This document shows, in pieces, positions 27,401 to 41,244 of a stretch of 64,000 nt of DNA. The position numbers and the translations under genes were made by a program. Source of the stretch: Eledone cirrhosa. Its lineage: Eukaryota. Location of the stretch: contig OZ024744.1 of the NCBI GenBank assembly GCA_964016885.1, forward strand, positions 28,582,001 to 28,646,000. Reading direction: 5' to 3'. Under the pieces are notes generated by a model, which saw only the letters and a program-made list of their open reading frames with translations, was not told where the DNA came from and ran no database searches. Each line of letters opens with the position of its first letter. Positions within the stretch are counted from its first letter, which is position 1.

Positions 27401-30367
27401 TGTGCTTGACTTAGATAGGCTTCATAGACAAGGACCCGGCTACTGGAAGCTAAACGCGTCCTTACCAGCGCGCAAGGCCTACAGAGACCGGATTAGCGAA
27501 CTAGTTAAGCGGGCGTTGACGGGGGCCATCGTCAACAACAAGTGGTGGTTTGCTCTGAAAAGAGCAATTAGAATAGAGTCCATTAGGTTTAGTAAGACTT
27601 TAGCAATATAGAAAAATAGAGCAGAGGGAGAATTAGTTAGAAAATTAGATGAGGCGCTTAGCAAAGGCATCGCGACCGACGTACTTGCGGCGAAATTGGC
27701 CCTTGACCAATTCTTCAATGCAAAGCACGAAGGCTGCGTTGTCAGAGCTAGGGTGCGTGCTCTCAAACACGAGGGGACGAAAGCCGTTCAATGGGCCCGA
27801 GTGGCGGAGGCGCGTCGTTGCAACAAAGCCACGATCCGGTCTTTGGTGGACCACGACGGGCGCATGCTACTCGATCCCGGGCAAATGTGTGAAGCTTTTC
27901 AGCGACACTTCGCTCAACTGTTCGGGGGCAGTGGCGGGCCGGATCGAGGGATGAACTTTAGTGTCTACCTCGACGGACTGCCGCGGCTTTCGGCCACTGA
28001 GGCGGAGTGTTGCGAAAAGCCGATAACAACCGCTGAAGTACGGGATGCAATGACTAGTTGCACAAGGGGTAAATCACCTGGTTTGGATGGTCTGCCCTAT
28101 GAACTTTACGTACAAATGCCAAACTTGTTCGGAGGCCTCTTGGCGGACGTCTACTGCAACTGGCAACAGAACGGGAGAATTCCCAGCTCTGTGAGCCGAG
28201 GAGCGGTGGCGCTGCTGAGAAAGGATCCGAACAAGGGGGATAACATAGATAATTTTAGGCCCATAACTCTGCTAAACACAGAGTTCAAGATTTTGGCCAA
28301 GGTGCTAGCAAAGAGGTTGGCGCTTGTCGTTGGTGGTCTGGTGGGAGAGGCACAGACATGCGCCATTCCCGACAGATCCATCCACGACAACCTCCACCTC
28401 ATGCGATACATCGTAGAGAGGGTAGCTAGGGAACCTGGCACGGGTGGGTCTTTGATCAATTTAGATCAGTCGAAAGCCTTCGATGGGTCGACCATCGTTA
28501 CCTAGCGGCAGTCCTGAGGGCGGCTGGCTTTGGGCCCGTCTTCAGAGGCTGGATCGCTGCCATGCACAGCGACATCTGCTCTGTAGTGAGAGTGAACGGT
28601 CACCTTTCGGAACCGTTCAACATCATGCGCTCGGTCCACCAAGGATGTCCCCTCTCGTCCCTATTGTACGTATTGACTCTCGAGCCATTACTGCACAAAC
28701 TGGAGACGTTGAGGGGCGTCCCGCGCGAACTAGGATGCGGAAGATCCGTGTCAGCATATGCCGACGATGTCACCGTAGTGGTGTCGAACGCCAAACACAT
28801 CAAGGCGATCGGCACTACACTAAGAGAATACGAAGCGGTGACAGGAGCAATGATCAACCAGGAAAAGTCAGTGGGCCTGCAGCTCGGCACCTGGAGAGGC
28901 AGGTCCATGCCGTCCAACAGCGTCGTCGGGCGCTGGACGGACGGACCGGTTAAATTACTAGGGGTCTGGTTCGGTCCAGACCTCCAGACGGACAAAAACT
29001 GGGACGAGGTGACGAGCAGGGTGGCTTCCCTCACCCAGAAATGTGCCGAGAGGAAGCTATCCCTGAAAGGTCGAGCGGAGGTGGCGAATGCGTACATCGC
29101 ATCCGTCATCTACTACCGCCTGACCGTCGTACCTTGTCCTCAGCCCCGCCTGACTGCGCTGGAGCGTTTGCTCTTTCGCTTTTTGTGGAAGGGACGCGCT
29201 CCGATGGTCAGGAGGTCCATCTGCTGTCAAGACCCACTACGTGGAGGGCTGGGCATGCCGTGGCTGATGATGCGCAGACACGCGCTCAGGCTACGACATC
29301 TCCACCTCTTCCTCGACGGTGATCAGGTGTGGTCGCCGTTTGCGAGACACGTATTTCCCCAGCTCGTTTCCTTGACGGAGCTGCAGTCCTGGGTCAAGCG
29401 AAGACCGAGAGGGAGCGCTTGGAGACTGGAATGTGTTCAGGCGCTCACAGCCCTCGACCAATCGGGCAATGTGATCGGTGGAAACTCCACCTTGGCGTTC
29501 TATAGGGGATTAGTGGAGGGGAAGAGCGACGACATACTTGGAGAAACTCTAGGCGTCGACGAAAATCAACTAGCGAATCTCTTCGGAAGGACTTTCGGGC
29601 CGGGGCCTATGGACAACTTCCAGAAATCCCTGGCCTGGCAGTGCTACCGAGGAGCTTTGCCAGTTCGGGATAAACTCTACAGGCATGGAGGTGTCGTCAG
29701 CCGGGCATGTCCGAGATGCGCGCAGGGCGACGAAACTGTCCTGCACGCACTCGTCCAGTGTCCGAGCATTGCTGACTTGTGGGTTTATGTCGAACACCTG
29801 CTGTCACGTGTAGGACGGATCCAGCTATCAGCTGAGTCCATCGTGAGGATTGCCCCAACCCCTTCCTTTAGCCGGGAGGGGCAGGCAGTTTTTATCTGTC
29901 TGGTGGCCATGGCGAAAGAGATAGTATGGTGGACACGTTTGAAAGGGCTGAAGACGAGCACTTACCTCTTCGGTGATGCTCTGATTAACTTTTTCAAATT
30001 TCATTTGAAAAGGAAAATCAGGGTAGAGAGGGAAGTGCTCTCTTCCCAGCATTTTGTTGAAAGATGGGTGAGAGAAGCAAGTATGGCCCGAATGAATGGG
30101 CCTTCTCTGAGTATGTGTCTGTAAATTAAAGGTGGAAAACTGGGAGAGGGCACTTGCCCTGGTGGTCAGGGCCACTGTGGTCTTTTAATGGGCTTTCTCC
30201 ACAAATGTCCCTCGGAAGTCTCCCCCCTATTGGGGAATTTTTCTTTGTTATTTTATTTCAACCTCTGTTCTTTTTACACGCAGAAATGCCCATTTGTACC
30301 GTCCTGTATTGTCCTGTACTGTCCTTAATGTCTACTTTATGTAAACCCTTGTTGTTAATAAAGAAAA

Positions 30368-30368
<1 letters not shown>
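24476..30368 (+). mobile_element. Full-length Tx1-clade element, type B, copy 1
   Basis: 5'UTR GGCGACCTACG...; fragmented ORF1 at 24683-26672 (CVVCGEGTHLRAFC); ORF2 at 26707-30124 with frameshifts and stops; 3' AATAAAGAAAAC followed by (ATT)19. Confidence 0.94.
26707..30124 (+). pseudogene. Tx1 ORF2 (APE-RT-zinc knuckle), disrupted
   Basis: ORF pieces 26673-27611, 27696-28505 and 28562-30124 are nearly identical in sequence to 3504-6923. Confidence 0.93.
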
Positions 30369-30425
<57 letters not shown>

Positions 30426-33400
30426 GGCGACCTACGTAGGAAATCGTATCATAGTGAGCTCCGCAAAGGTTTGTTATTTCCGTTTGTTAAAAATTGCCAT
30501 TTATGGAAAATTTTATTGTTAACTGTTTATAAGCACACATACATTGTTTTCCGAAAAGGACACCCAAAAAGATTGGGGCCTTGTGCCCAAAATTTTAACT
30601 TTTATTATTATCCAAAAATTTCTTTGAGAAAAAATGGCTAATTCCCCTCTGCACGAAGCAGCTGAAAGCCTTCCTCACAAAATAACACCTCACACCGACA
30701 CCACCATTGTAAATGTTACTACGTTTGCCAACACAAATAAAATATAAGCAGTAGCAATAATTTAAATTTGTCTCAGGCAGACATTCATTTCCCGCCATTG
30801 CCAATGACTGCAGGTGTTAAATCCTCCACCACCACCACCACCGCGACAACCACCACCCCCTCCACCACCGCGACAACAGAAACAAAAGAAGAAAAAAATT
30901 AATTAACTCATGATGTCGAAATGAAATCAAGCAAAATGGACTCTTCCGCACCAAAGACGACTGACGTCACCACCACCACAACTGAAACTAAAATTAATAT
31001 TAACACAAGTAACGATAGCAACAACAACAACAATGACATTATAACCCCCCCCCCCCGCCTCAATTTCGCCAGAGTAGCAAAACAATTTGAAGCATTCACG
31101 GTAACTCAAGACGATTAAGAAAATGCCAAACAAATGGTAAAGAAAAATGGGTACAGGGTCAGCCTCCCCCCCCACCTAATAAAATGGAGCATCGGCGCCT
31201 ATGCACCGTGTCGTATAGAACAATAAATGTAAAATCGCGCCGAGTGGAACGGGCATCCGAGTCCTAAATCCAAAAAGCTTTGGGACATGTGTGGGCAAGA
31301 AAAATCCACATCAGACGTGGGCAAAAGTATGGAACCGTGGATGTGTTCTTTGAAACACCAGAGGAGGCTAGAGAACACTCCATGGCCCCATTAAAAAGTG
31401 ACGACTTCACACTCGTCCCAAGCTATTGTGGCCAGAGACCCGTAAAGATCAGGGTGACCCACGTTCCACCGGCCATCGAAATTCCCTGGCTAATAGCGGC
31501 TGTCCTCGCCGGCATCGAAGCCAACACGAAAATAATAGCAATAGCAAAAGAAAAGCAGGAAAACTGGTCCGGATCTGGGATGGAGCTCCTAATCCAAGCG
31601 GACCAAAAAAGCATTGAGGAGATCCCAGAGGTAATAGACCTCACTGACGGCAGCCACCTCACGGTAATTGTCGAGGGCAGAAGTCCTAGGTGTGTCGTTT
31701 GTGGTGAAGGAACCCACCTAAGGGCTTTCTGCCCTCAGGCTAAAAAGTTGAGGTCACCTCTCCTACCCACCCAGTGACACAACCATCAACACCACCAGTA
31801 GCAGAGATGGCAGCAACAACTGTAGCAGCAACAACAGAAGCAACTATAACAGCAACAACCCCAGCAACAGTAGCAAAACCAACACCACCCAACGCTACAG
31901 AACTAGCACCAGCGCCTACACCATCCACCACACCACAACCAAAACTAACGGCTGTGGAGGATTTTCCACTCCCCGGCCTATCACAACTGGAGACAGATTG
32001 TGACGACGAGGAGTGGGAAACGATATCCGGAAAAAAAAAGAAACCAAAAAAGAAAAAATTCTCTTCCTTCCCCCTCCAAAAACAAAATACAGAGGGAAAC
32101 AAATAAATTAAGAAACAAAAAAGTTAGGACAGATATGCCACCATCCACACCAGCATCACCAATCCCATCAACCCAAACACCAACACCATCATTAACCCCA
32201 GCACCACCATCACCTACAGCACAAAAGTCACCAAAATGCGAAACAGAAACAAACCCACAACAAACGCAAACAAAACAAAACAACCAAAACGATACACACT
32301 ACACAGCATTAAATTTGAACAACAAGCAATTATTACACTACATCCAACACAACACCAGCATCACAGAAAAAGACTACACAACAACCCCAAAATTCACACC
32401 ACCTCCACACATACAAATCACTCGCATCACACAGAAAACGTACATGACACTAAAACAAAAATTCCCCAAAGACATCGGAAACTTCCGACAAGCACTCTCC
32501 AGGAGGATTTATAAGGACATCCTTCCTGAGGAGGCCACAAGCAGTGAAAAGGATGGAAAAACTGTCCTTCCCCTACGAGAAGTAAGGTAAGTGGTCTTTC
32601 CCATCTTTTCCACTCCTTTTCAACATGACCTCACTCAGAATAGGCAGCATAAATGCGCGTGGCTTGGGGTCGTCATGGAAGCAGGGCCACCTGCTCAACG
32701 ACCTCAGGTCACTAAACATAGATGTAGTGGCCATCAGCGAGACCAGAATCTCCGAAGCACAGGCTTTCGCACCGATCTTCGGCGGCTACGGTGTGTACGC
32801 ATCTCCCAGCCGCCCGGGATCGGGGGAGGAGTTGCTGTGCTTTTTCGGAGACGTTTGGATCTTGCCATACGGGCCATCTTCCTGGACCCAGAAGGTAAGT
32901 TGGTGGTGCTGGACGTGATCAGCGGAGACGGGCAAGCTTTCAGGTTAGTGGCCGTCTATGCCCCGACAGGAGCAGGGCGGCCTGATTTCTTCCGGCGTCT
33001 GGAGACCTTTCTTGGAACGTCCCGCTCTTTAGTGTTAGTGGGCGACTGGAACGGGATCTTAGTTACACGCTGGGATTGTGTGGGATTAGTGGATAGGGAA
33101 GGAGGGCGCAAGAGTCTCACCAACCTGCTCAGACGTTTTGAACTGTCTGACAGGTACCGAATGGATTTCCCGAATGTACCAATGTGGACTTGGACAAATC
33201 GCATAAGGTCATCCAAATCATATCTAGATAGAGTATTTTGTAGGGAAATAGATAGGTCTAGCATAGGCTGTCCACAATTCAAGATAGTCAGCTACACGGA
33301 CCACAAATTCGTGATCTGTGTGCTTGACTTAGATAGGCTTCATAGACAAGGACCCGGCTACTGGAAGCTAAATGCGTCCTTACCAGCGCGCAAGGCCTAC

Positions 33401-36285
33401 AGAGACCGGATTAGCGAACTAGTTAAGCGGGCGTTGACGGGGGCCATCGTCAACAACAAGTGGTGGTTTGCTCTGAAAAGAGCAATTAGAATAGAGTCCA
33501 TTAGGTTTAGTAAGACTTTAGCAATAGAGAAAAATAGAGCAGAGGGAGAATTAGTTAGAAAATTAGATGAGGCGCTTAGCAAAGGCATCGCGACCGACGT
33601 ACTTGCGGCGAAATTGGCCCTTGACCAATTCTTCAATGCAAAGCACGAAGGCTGCGTTGTCAGAGCTAGGGTGCGTGCTCTCAGACACGAGGCGACGAAA
33701 GCCGTTCAATGGGCCCGAGTGGCAGAGGCGCGTCGTGGCAACAAAGCCACGATCCGGTTTTGGTGGACCACGACGGGCGCATGCTACTCGATCCCGGGCA
33801 AATGTGTGAAGCTTTTCAGCGACACTTCGCTCAACTGTTCGGGGGCAGTGGCGGGCCGGATCGAGGGATGGACTTTAGTGTCTACCTCGACGGACTGCCG
33901 CGGCTTTCGGCCACTGAGGCGGAGTGTTGCGAAAAGCCGATAACAACCGCTGAAGTACGGGATGCAATGACTAGTTGCTCAAGGGGTAAATCACCTGGTT
34001 TGGATGGTCTGCCCTATGAACTTTACGTACAAATGCCAAACTTGTTCGGAGGCCTCTTGGCGGACGTCTACTGCAACTGGCAACAGAACGGGAGAATTCC
34101 CAGCTCTGTGAGCCGAGGAGCGGTGGCGCTGCTGAAGAAGGATCCGAACAAGGGGGATAACATAGATAATTTTAGGCCCATAACTCTGCTAAACACAGAG
34201 TTCAAGATTTTGGCCAAGGTGCTAGCAAAGAAGTTGGCGCTTGTCGTTGGTGGTCTGGTGGGAGAGGCACAGACATGCGCCATTCCCGACAGATCCATCC
34301 ACGACAACCTCCACCTCATGCGATACATCGTAGAGAGGGTAGCTAGGGAATCTGGCACGGGTGGGTCTTTGATCAATTTAGATCAGTCGAAAGCCTTCGA
34401 TAGGGTTGACCATCGTTACCTAGCGGCAGTCCTGAGGGCGGCTGGCTTTGGGCCTGTCTTCAGAGGCTGGATCGCTGCCATGCACAGCGACATCTGCTCT
34501 GTAGTGAGAGTGAACGGTCACCTTTCGGAACCGTTCAACATCATGCGCTCGGTCCACCAAGGATGTCCCCTCTCGTCCCTATTGTACGTATTGACTCTCG
34601 AGCCATTACTGCACAAACTGGAGAGGTTGAGGGGGGTCCCGCGCGAACTAGGATGCGGAAGATCCGTGTCAGCATATGCCGACGATGTCACCGTAGTGGT
34701 GTCGAACGCCAAACACATCGAGGCGATCGGCACTACACTAAGAGAATACGAAGCGGTGACAGGAGCAATGATCAACCAGGAAAAGTCAGTGGGCCTGCAG
34801 TTCGGCACCTGGAGAGGCAGGTCCATGCCGTCCATCAGCGTCGTCGGGCGCTGGACGGACGGACCGGTTAAATTGCTAGGGGTCTGGTTCGGTCCAGACC
34901 TCCAGACGGACAAAAACTGGGACGAGGTGACGAGCAGGGTGGCTTCTCTCACCCAGAAATAGGCCGAGAGGAAGCTATCCCTGAAAGGTCGAGCGGAGGT
35001 GGCGAGTGCGTACATCGCATCCGTCATCTACTACCGGCTGACCGTTGTACCTTGTCCTAAGCCCCGCCTGACTGCGCTGGAGCGTTTGCTCTTTCGCTTC
35101 TTGTGGAAAGGACGCGCTCCGATGGTCAGGCGGTCCATCTGCTGTCAACACCCGCTACGTGGAGGGCTGGGCATGCCGTAGCTGATGATGCGCAGACACT
35201 TGCTCAGGCTACGACATCTCCACCTCTTCCTCGACTGTGATCAGGTGTGGTCGCCGTTTGCTAGACACGTTTTTCCCCAGCTCATCTCCTTGACGGAGCT
35301 GCAGTCCTGGGTCAAGCGAAGACCGAGAGGGAGCGCTTGGAGACTGGAATGTCTTCAGGCGCTCACAGCCCTCGACCAATCGGGCAATGTGATCGGTGGA
35401 AACTCCACCTTGGCGTTCTATAGGGGATTAGTGGAGGGGAAGAGCGACGACGTACTTGGAGAAACTCTAGGCGTCGACGAAAATCAACTAGCCAATCTCT
35501 TCGGAAGGACTTTCGGGCCGGGGCCTATGGACAACTTCCAGAAATCCCTGGCCTGGCAGTGCTACCGAGGAGCTCTGCCAGTTCGGGATAAACTCTACAG
35601 GCATGGAGGTGCCGTCAGCCGGGCATGTCCGAGATGCGCGCAGGGCGACGAAACCGTCCTGCACGCACTCGTCCAGTGTCCGAGCATTGCTGACTTGTGG
35701 GTTTATGTCGAACACCTGCTGTCACGTGTAGGACCTACCCAGCTATCAGCTGAGTCCATCGTGAGGATTGCCCCGCCCCCTTCCTTTAGCCTGGAAGGGC
35801 AGGCAGTTTTTATCTGTCTGGTGGCCATGGCGAAAGAGATAGTATGGTGGACACGTTTGAAAGGGCTGAAGACGAGCACTTACCTATTCGGTGATGCCCT
35901 GATTAACTTTTTCAAATTTCATTTGAAAAGGAAAATCAGGGTAGAGAGGGAAGTTCTCTCTTCCCAGCATTTTGTTGAAAGATGGGTGAGAGAAGCAAGT
36001 ATGGCCCGAATGAATGGGCCTTCTCTGAGTATGTGTCTGTAAATTAAAGGTGGAAAACTGGGAGAGGGCACTTGCCCTGGTGGTCAGGGCCACTGTGGTC
36101 TTTTAATGGGCTTTCTCCACAAATGTCCCTCGGAAGTCTCCCCCCTATTGGGGAATTTTTCTTTGTTATTTTATTTCAACCTCTGTTCTTTTTACACCCA
36201 GAAATGCCCATTTGTACCGTCCTGTATTGTCCTGTACTGTCCTTAATGTCTACTTTATGTAAACCCTTGTGGTTAATATAGAAAA

Positions 36286-36286
<1 letters not shown>
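30426..36286 (+). mobile_element. Full-length Tx1-clade element, type B, copy 2
   Basis: Near-identical to 24476-30368; ORF2 at 32625-36042 is disrupted; flanked by (ATT)19 and (ATT)13. Confidence 0.94.
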
Positions 36287-36326
<40 letters not shown>

Positions 36327-36399
36327 CTTGAATCTCAGTCATTGATGTTGGTTAACTGGAAAGTCCGTTGGATTGAATATCAAGCCACTACCTGCAGCC

Positions 36400-39300
36400 T
36401 CAGATATTCAGGACGTATCGGTTGGTTCTTGCCGTTCCAAGCAAGCATGCCTTTTGAAGCGTTCCAAAAAGCGTGAAGGGGCCGATTTTCTTTAACCATC
36501 CCTGGAAATCTTTGGAGATAGTCCCCAGTGCGCCTATGACAATCGGGATCACTTTGACTTCATGGCAGTTCCAAATCCTTTTCACCTCCCACTTTAGGTC
36601 CTGGTATCGGTTAATTTTCTCCCTCTCCTTCTCTTGCACTCTCGTGTCGAACGGGCAGGCCACATCCACAATCAGGCACGATCTTTTTTCTTTGTCCACA
36701 ACCACCAGGTCAGGTCTATTGTGTTCCAGTTTTTTGTCCGTCTGTATCCTAAAATCCCACAGCACCTTCACCTGACTGTTCTCCATCACCGCCTCTGGCT
36801 TATGCTCATACCATTTCTCAGAATGTGGTAGATTGTTTACTTTGCACAGGTGCCAGTGGATCACCCTGCCCATCACATCGTGTCTCCAGCCCTTATAGTG
36901 GGTCTGGGCTAGGTGTTTACACTCGGACACAATGTGAGCCACAGTCTCCTCTCTCCACAGATCCTGCACAGTGGGCTAGCCTCCTCCTTGTAGATATGGT
37001 GCTTCAACCACTTCGTTTTGAGGGCCTGCACCTGCGCAGCCATTAGCATTCCTTCTGTAGCCTTTTTGAGGTCTCCTCTTCTCAACCAGTTCCATGTCTG
37101 TGGATCTCTAAATTCAGTTTTCTCAAAGAAGGTACTATGAAGGGATTTTCCCTTAAGGCTGCTCTTCCTCCTTGATGTTATTTCCTCCTTGGGTATCCCC
37201 TGGCCTACTGTCCCCTCCTTCAGTACAGCTCTGAGCATTGGCTCCTTACTATAGGTCACGTATTTGTATAGGTTGTTTTTCTCCATCTGAACACAGTCCT
37301 CTATGCTGATAAGACCTCTTCCACCCTCAGATCTCCTTAGGTAGAGTCTATCGACATCACTCCTCTTGTGGAACATGTTGTAGATAGTCAATAGCTTCCT
37401 AGTCTTCCTATCCATTTCTTTTTGTTCAGCAACATTCCATCTCAGAATTCCCGCACTGTACCTAATAATAGACACAGCTCGGGAATTTACTGCGCTTATG
37501 GCATTTCTGCTGTTCAGATGTGACTTCAATACGCTCCTTACTCTCCGAATGTATTCAGTTCTTAACAATTCCTTCATTTTTTTGTTCTTTATGCCATCAG
37601 CCTCCAGAACGCCCAAATACTTGTATCCTTCCTCAGAGTCAATTTCCTTTATCATCTCACCTGTTGGTATCTGGATCCCGTTACTTCTGCTCAACCTACC
37701 CCTCCTCATCACAATGACTCCACATTTACCAATACCAAACTGCATACATATATCACTGCTGAAAATACGGACAGTGTCAACAAGCACATCCAACTCCTTC
37801 TCACTTTTCCCGAAGAGCTTAAGATCGTCCATGAAGAGGAGGTGATTGATGGTAAGCTCTCCCCTTCCCAACTTGTATCCTGCTCTCACTTTTCGCAGCA
37901 TAATGGTCAAGGGTATCAGGGCAAGGACAAACAACAGAGGGGACAGGCTATCTCCCTCGAAGATACCTCTCTTGATCTTCACGCTTCCCAAGGATACTCC
38001 AGTTGATGTCAACTCTGTCTCCCAGGACCCCATACTCCTGCCCAGCAACTGTCTGATGTTATCTGCCACCCTGAAGATCTCCAGGCTTTTGGTGATCCAG
38101 GAATGAGGCACCATGTCAAATGCCTTTCTGTAGTCTATCCATCCCATGGCAAGATCAGTGTGTCTCCTCCTGCAATTCCCCATTACCATCTTATCAATAA
38201 GCAACTGGTCCTTTGTACCACGTGACTTCTTTCGGCATCCTTTCTGTTCGTCCGGCAACAAGTTGTTTGTGTGGAGGTGATGGTAGATTTCCTCAGACAC
38301 AATGCTCGTCAACAGTTTCCACATTACGGGCAGACATGTGATAGGTCTATAGTTGGTAACATCATTACCCTTGATTCGGTCTTTCATTATCAGAACTGTG
38401 GTACCTTTTGTCAACCACTCTGGCACCTCACCCGACACCAAGCAGTCATTGAACATGGCCGTCAGCTTCGGGTGGAGGGATGTTAAATGTTTAATCCAAT
38501 ACCCCTGCACACCATCTGGGCCTGGTGATTTCCAGTTGGTTAGTTTTTTGGCTTGCCCCTTAAGAGTTTCAACTGTGATACTCAAATCAGTCTGTTGCTG
38601 TGCCTGCTCACCGATCTCCCTCTGTACTGTCTCAATCCACCCTGCCTGGGCATTGTGTCTAACATCCTGCTCCCATATTCCTCTCCAGAATGTTTTAGCT
38701 TGTTCCGCCCCAGGGATCAAGTCGTTGCCTCTTTCTTTCCCCTCAAGCTGTCCAAACAGCATCTTCTGGTTGTTGTCGAACATGCGGTTCTGTTTATACT
38801 GACTGACTCTGTTCTCGTATCGCCTGATTTTGGCACTCTTTGCTACAATGCGTTGCTTCAATTCCTCTATGATAATATTTAGCTTTTTACTCCTAGTTTT
38901 GTATTTTATTTCCAGTCTATTTTTAGTGCCTATGTTTTTTAGTGTCCCATTCAGTAGTGACTCAAGCTTTCCTATGTCATTTCTCATTTCCCCGATTTGC
39001 CCACTCAGTCGCTTCTTCCACCACGGCTCTGCTCTTTCTTGTCTGTTGTTTCCTCTCGCTTTTATACCAAGTAGTTTCCTCACCGTATTTGCTGTTGCTT
39101 TGAGGATATTGTTGCACTGGTGAAGACTCATCGCCTCAAGATATGGGATGACTTTGTTTACCTTAGCTGTTGTTTCTTTTAACTTTTTCCTGTCTACAAA
39201 TCTTAGGTTCATAGGTCTCCCACTATCATTGTTCAACTCATCTACCACTAAATTTAGGATGTCAACCGAATCTTGTCCTAGCCCGTCAGCATTCATCTCC

Positions 39301-39788
39301 TCAGTGGCCGTATCTCTGTTCCAGGTATTATTTATCTCAGTATTCAGATCATTGTCTGCTTCGGGTGGTTCCTCCGTTCTCAGGACCTCCTCACCTTCAT
39401 TTCCCGCCGGCTCGCTTGTCTGGCATACTACACCCGCCATCTCCAAGCCATTCTCTCTGCTCAGTTCCTCCAGTTCCAGCTCGCTTATCCACCCATTAGT
39501 TCTTATTACCCGAGCCTGCCCGGCCAATTTTTGTTCATCTAATTTAAATAAACCAATCTCGTTCCAGATGTTATGCATCCGTCTCCTGTAGCCCCTCTCC
39601 TTGGGGTTACTTTTCAGGTAGCATTGCATAACAGTTCTATTCAATTCTTTCGTCCAGTTGGTTCTGGCCCCTTTCCTTCTTCTTCTTCCTCCAACATCAG
39701 CAGTATTTGGTTGACAGTCAGGTTCCTGCTGCTGAGCCAGGGGGCACCTGTTGGGTGAGAGTCTGTCACATGACGTTCTAGTCTCCAT
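36400..39788 (-). pseudogene. R4/Dong single ORF: RT, CCHC knuckle and PD-(D/E)xK restriction-like endonuclease; one frameshift near 36950
   Basis: 959-aa ORF (WKSPGPDG, IDYRKAFD, GDSLSP, HLLFMDD) plus a 189-aa ORF (CRIC..ETVAHIVSEC, RHD, RPDLV, E.EK..RY). Confidence 0.93.
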
Positions 39789-40357
39789 TTCACCGTTATT
39801 CGAACTGTTTATGTTCGATATTTAAACACTCTTATCGAGGATTGGCGAATGTATGTTTACATAGCCATCTGTGGATCCGCCATCCCACTTGGCCCTTGTG
39901 TGGCATTATCACCACGCTGTATACGGACACACATAAACAAACAAACACACGGGCAGAAAGGGCCCCAAAAATGAATAAGCATAAGTTTCATTGTAATGTA
40001 GTATTCGAATGTCTGACTTAGTTTTTGTTTTTTAAGTTTTACTTTTTCCCCCCTCTTCTCTGTCCGTCCGCCTGCTTCTCTCTTCATTCTTATTTTCTTT
40101 ACGTTTTTGGGGTTTCTTTTTTTGTTTTTGTTTTTCTCTGTTTTTCTCGTTTTTTACTGTTGTTGCTGTGCTGCTTTTGTTGTTTGTTTTTTATTTTTTC
40201 TTTTGAGTCTATCTATATATTTTGATGCCTTCCTCTTTGTTAGTAGTAGGAATTCTATAATGTGGAAGTGGTAGCCAGCAGAGACTGGCGGCGTTGGCGA
40301 TACTGAGACAGTGGTGGTGGTGATGTCGATACCGAGGCAGTGGTGGCGGTGATGCGA

Positions 40358-41000
40358 CCGTATTACTGTAGTGATGGTGCTGTAGCGGTGGCAGCAGCAG
40401 TGAAGGAGTCAGGGGGTGGTGGCGGCGGTGATGGGATAGTGGTGGTAATGATGGCCGTAGTGAGCGGTGGCGGTGAAGGTGAAAATGCTGTTGTGTTTAG
40501 TGTACACAGATGATGGGGTGGGTGGTGTATCTAGTTTCTGGTGTTGGTGAGTTTCGTTGTCCTATATAGTGTAGCCAGAGGAGAGGAGGGGGGGGGGTTC
40601 TTCTTCTTCCATTTATAGCCATTTTATTTTGTTTGGGATATACAGTGTACAATACAAAGTTGAATATTTGAATATTTGAGCCGTATTACTGTAGTGATGG
40701 TGCTGTAGCGGTGGCAGCAGCAGTGAAGGAGTCAAAGGGTGGTGGCGGCGGTGATGGGATAGTGGTGGTAATGATGGCCGTAGTGAGCGGTGGCGGTGAA
40801 GGTGAAAATGCTGTTGTGTTTAGTGTACACAGATGATGGGGTGGGTGGTGTATCTAGTTTCTGGTGTTGGTGAGTTTAGCTGTCCTATATAGTGTAGCCA
40901 GAGGAGAGGAGGGGGGGGGGGGTTCTTCTTCTTCCATTTATAGCCATTTTTTTTGGATATACAGTGTACAATACAAAGTTGAATATTTGAATATTTGAGC
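40358..41000. repeat. Tandem duplication of a ~323-bp unit inside the Dong leader
   Basis: 40358-40680 is near-identical to 40681-41000. Confidence 0.92.
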
Positions 41001-41167
41001 CTTATAACAATATATTTTGGGTCCGAATTTTTTTGGGGCTCAAGCCGGGTGCTTTACGTAGCATTTGTACTAAGAGTTGTTATTTCACAAATGATTTAAA
41101 TATGTTAAAAATTCAAAACTTACGGGAGCGATTTCATGACCTCCGTCACCTCGTGCGTTTTCTTCCC

Positions 41168-41240
<73 letters not shown>

Positions 41241-41244
41241 TATT

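Larger units (their letters stand above)
36326..41167 (-). mobile_element. R4/Dong-clade element, apparently full length, with a ~1.4 kb 5' leader
   Basis: Bounded by (ATT)n at 36287-36325 and 41168-41244 and contains the RT-RLE ORF. Assigning 39790-41167 to this element is an inference from orientation and contiguity. Confidence 0.8.

Noticed and set aside
39850-39970. Possible HDV-like ribozyme upstream of the Dong ORF (GGCCCTT/AAGGGCC pairing)
   Set aside because: A 7-bp helix exists, but P3/L3/P1.1 and J4/2 could not be assigned.
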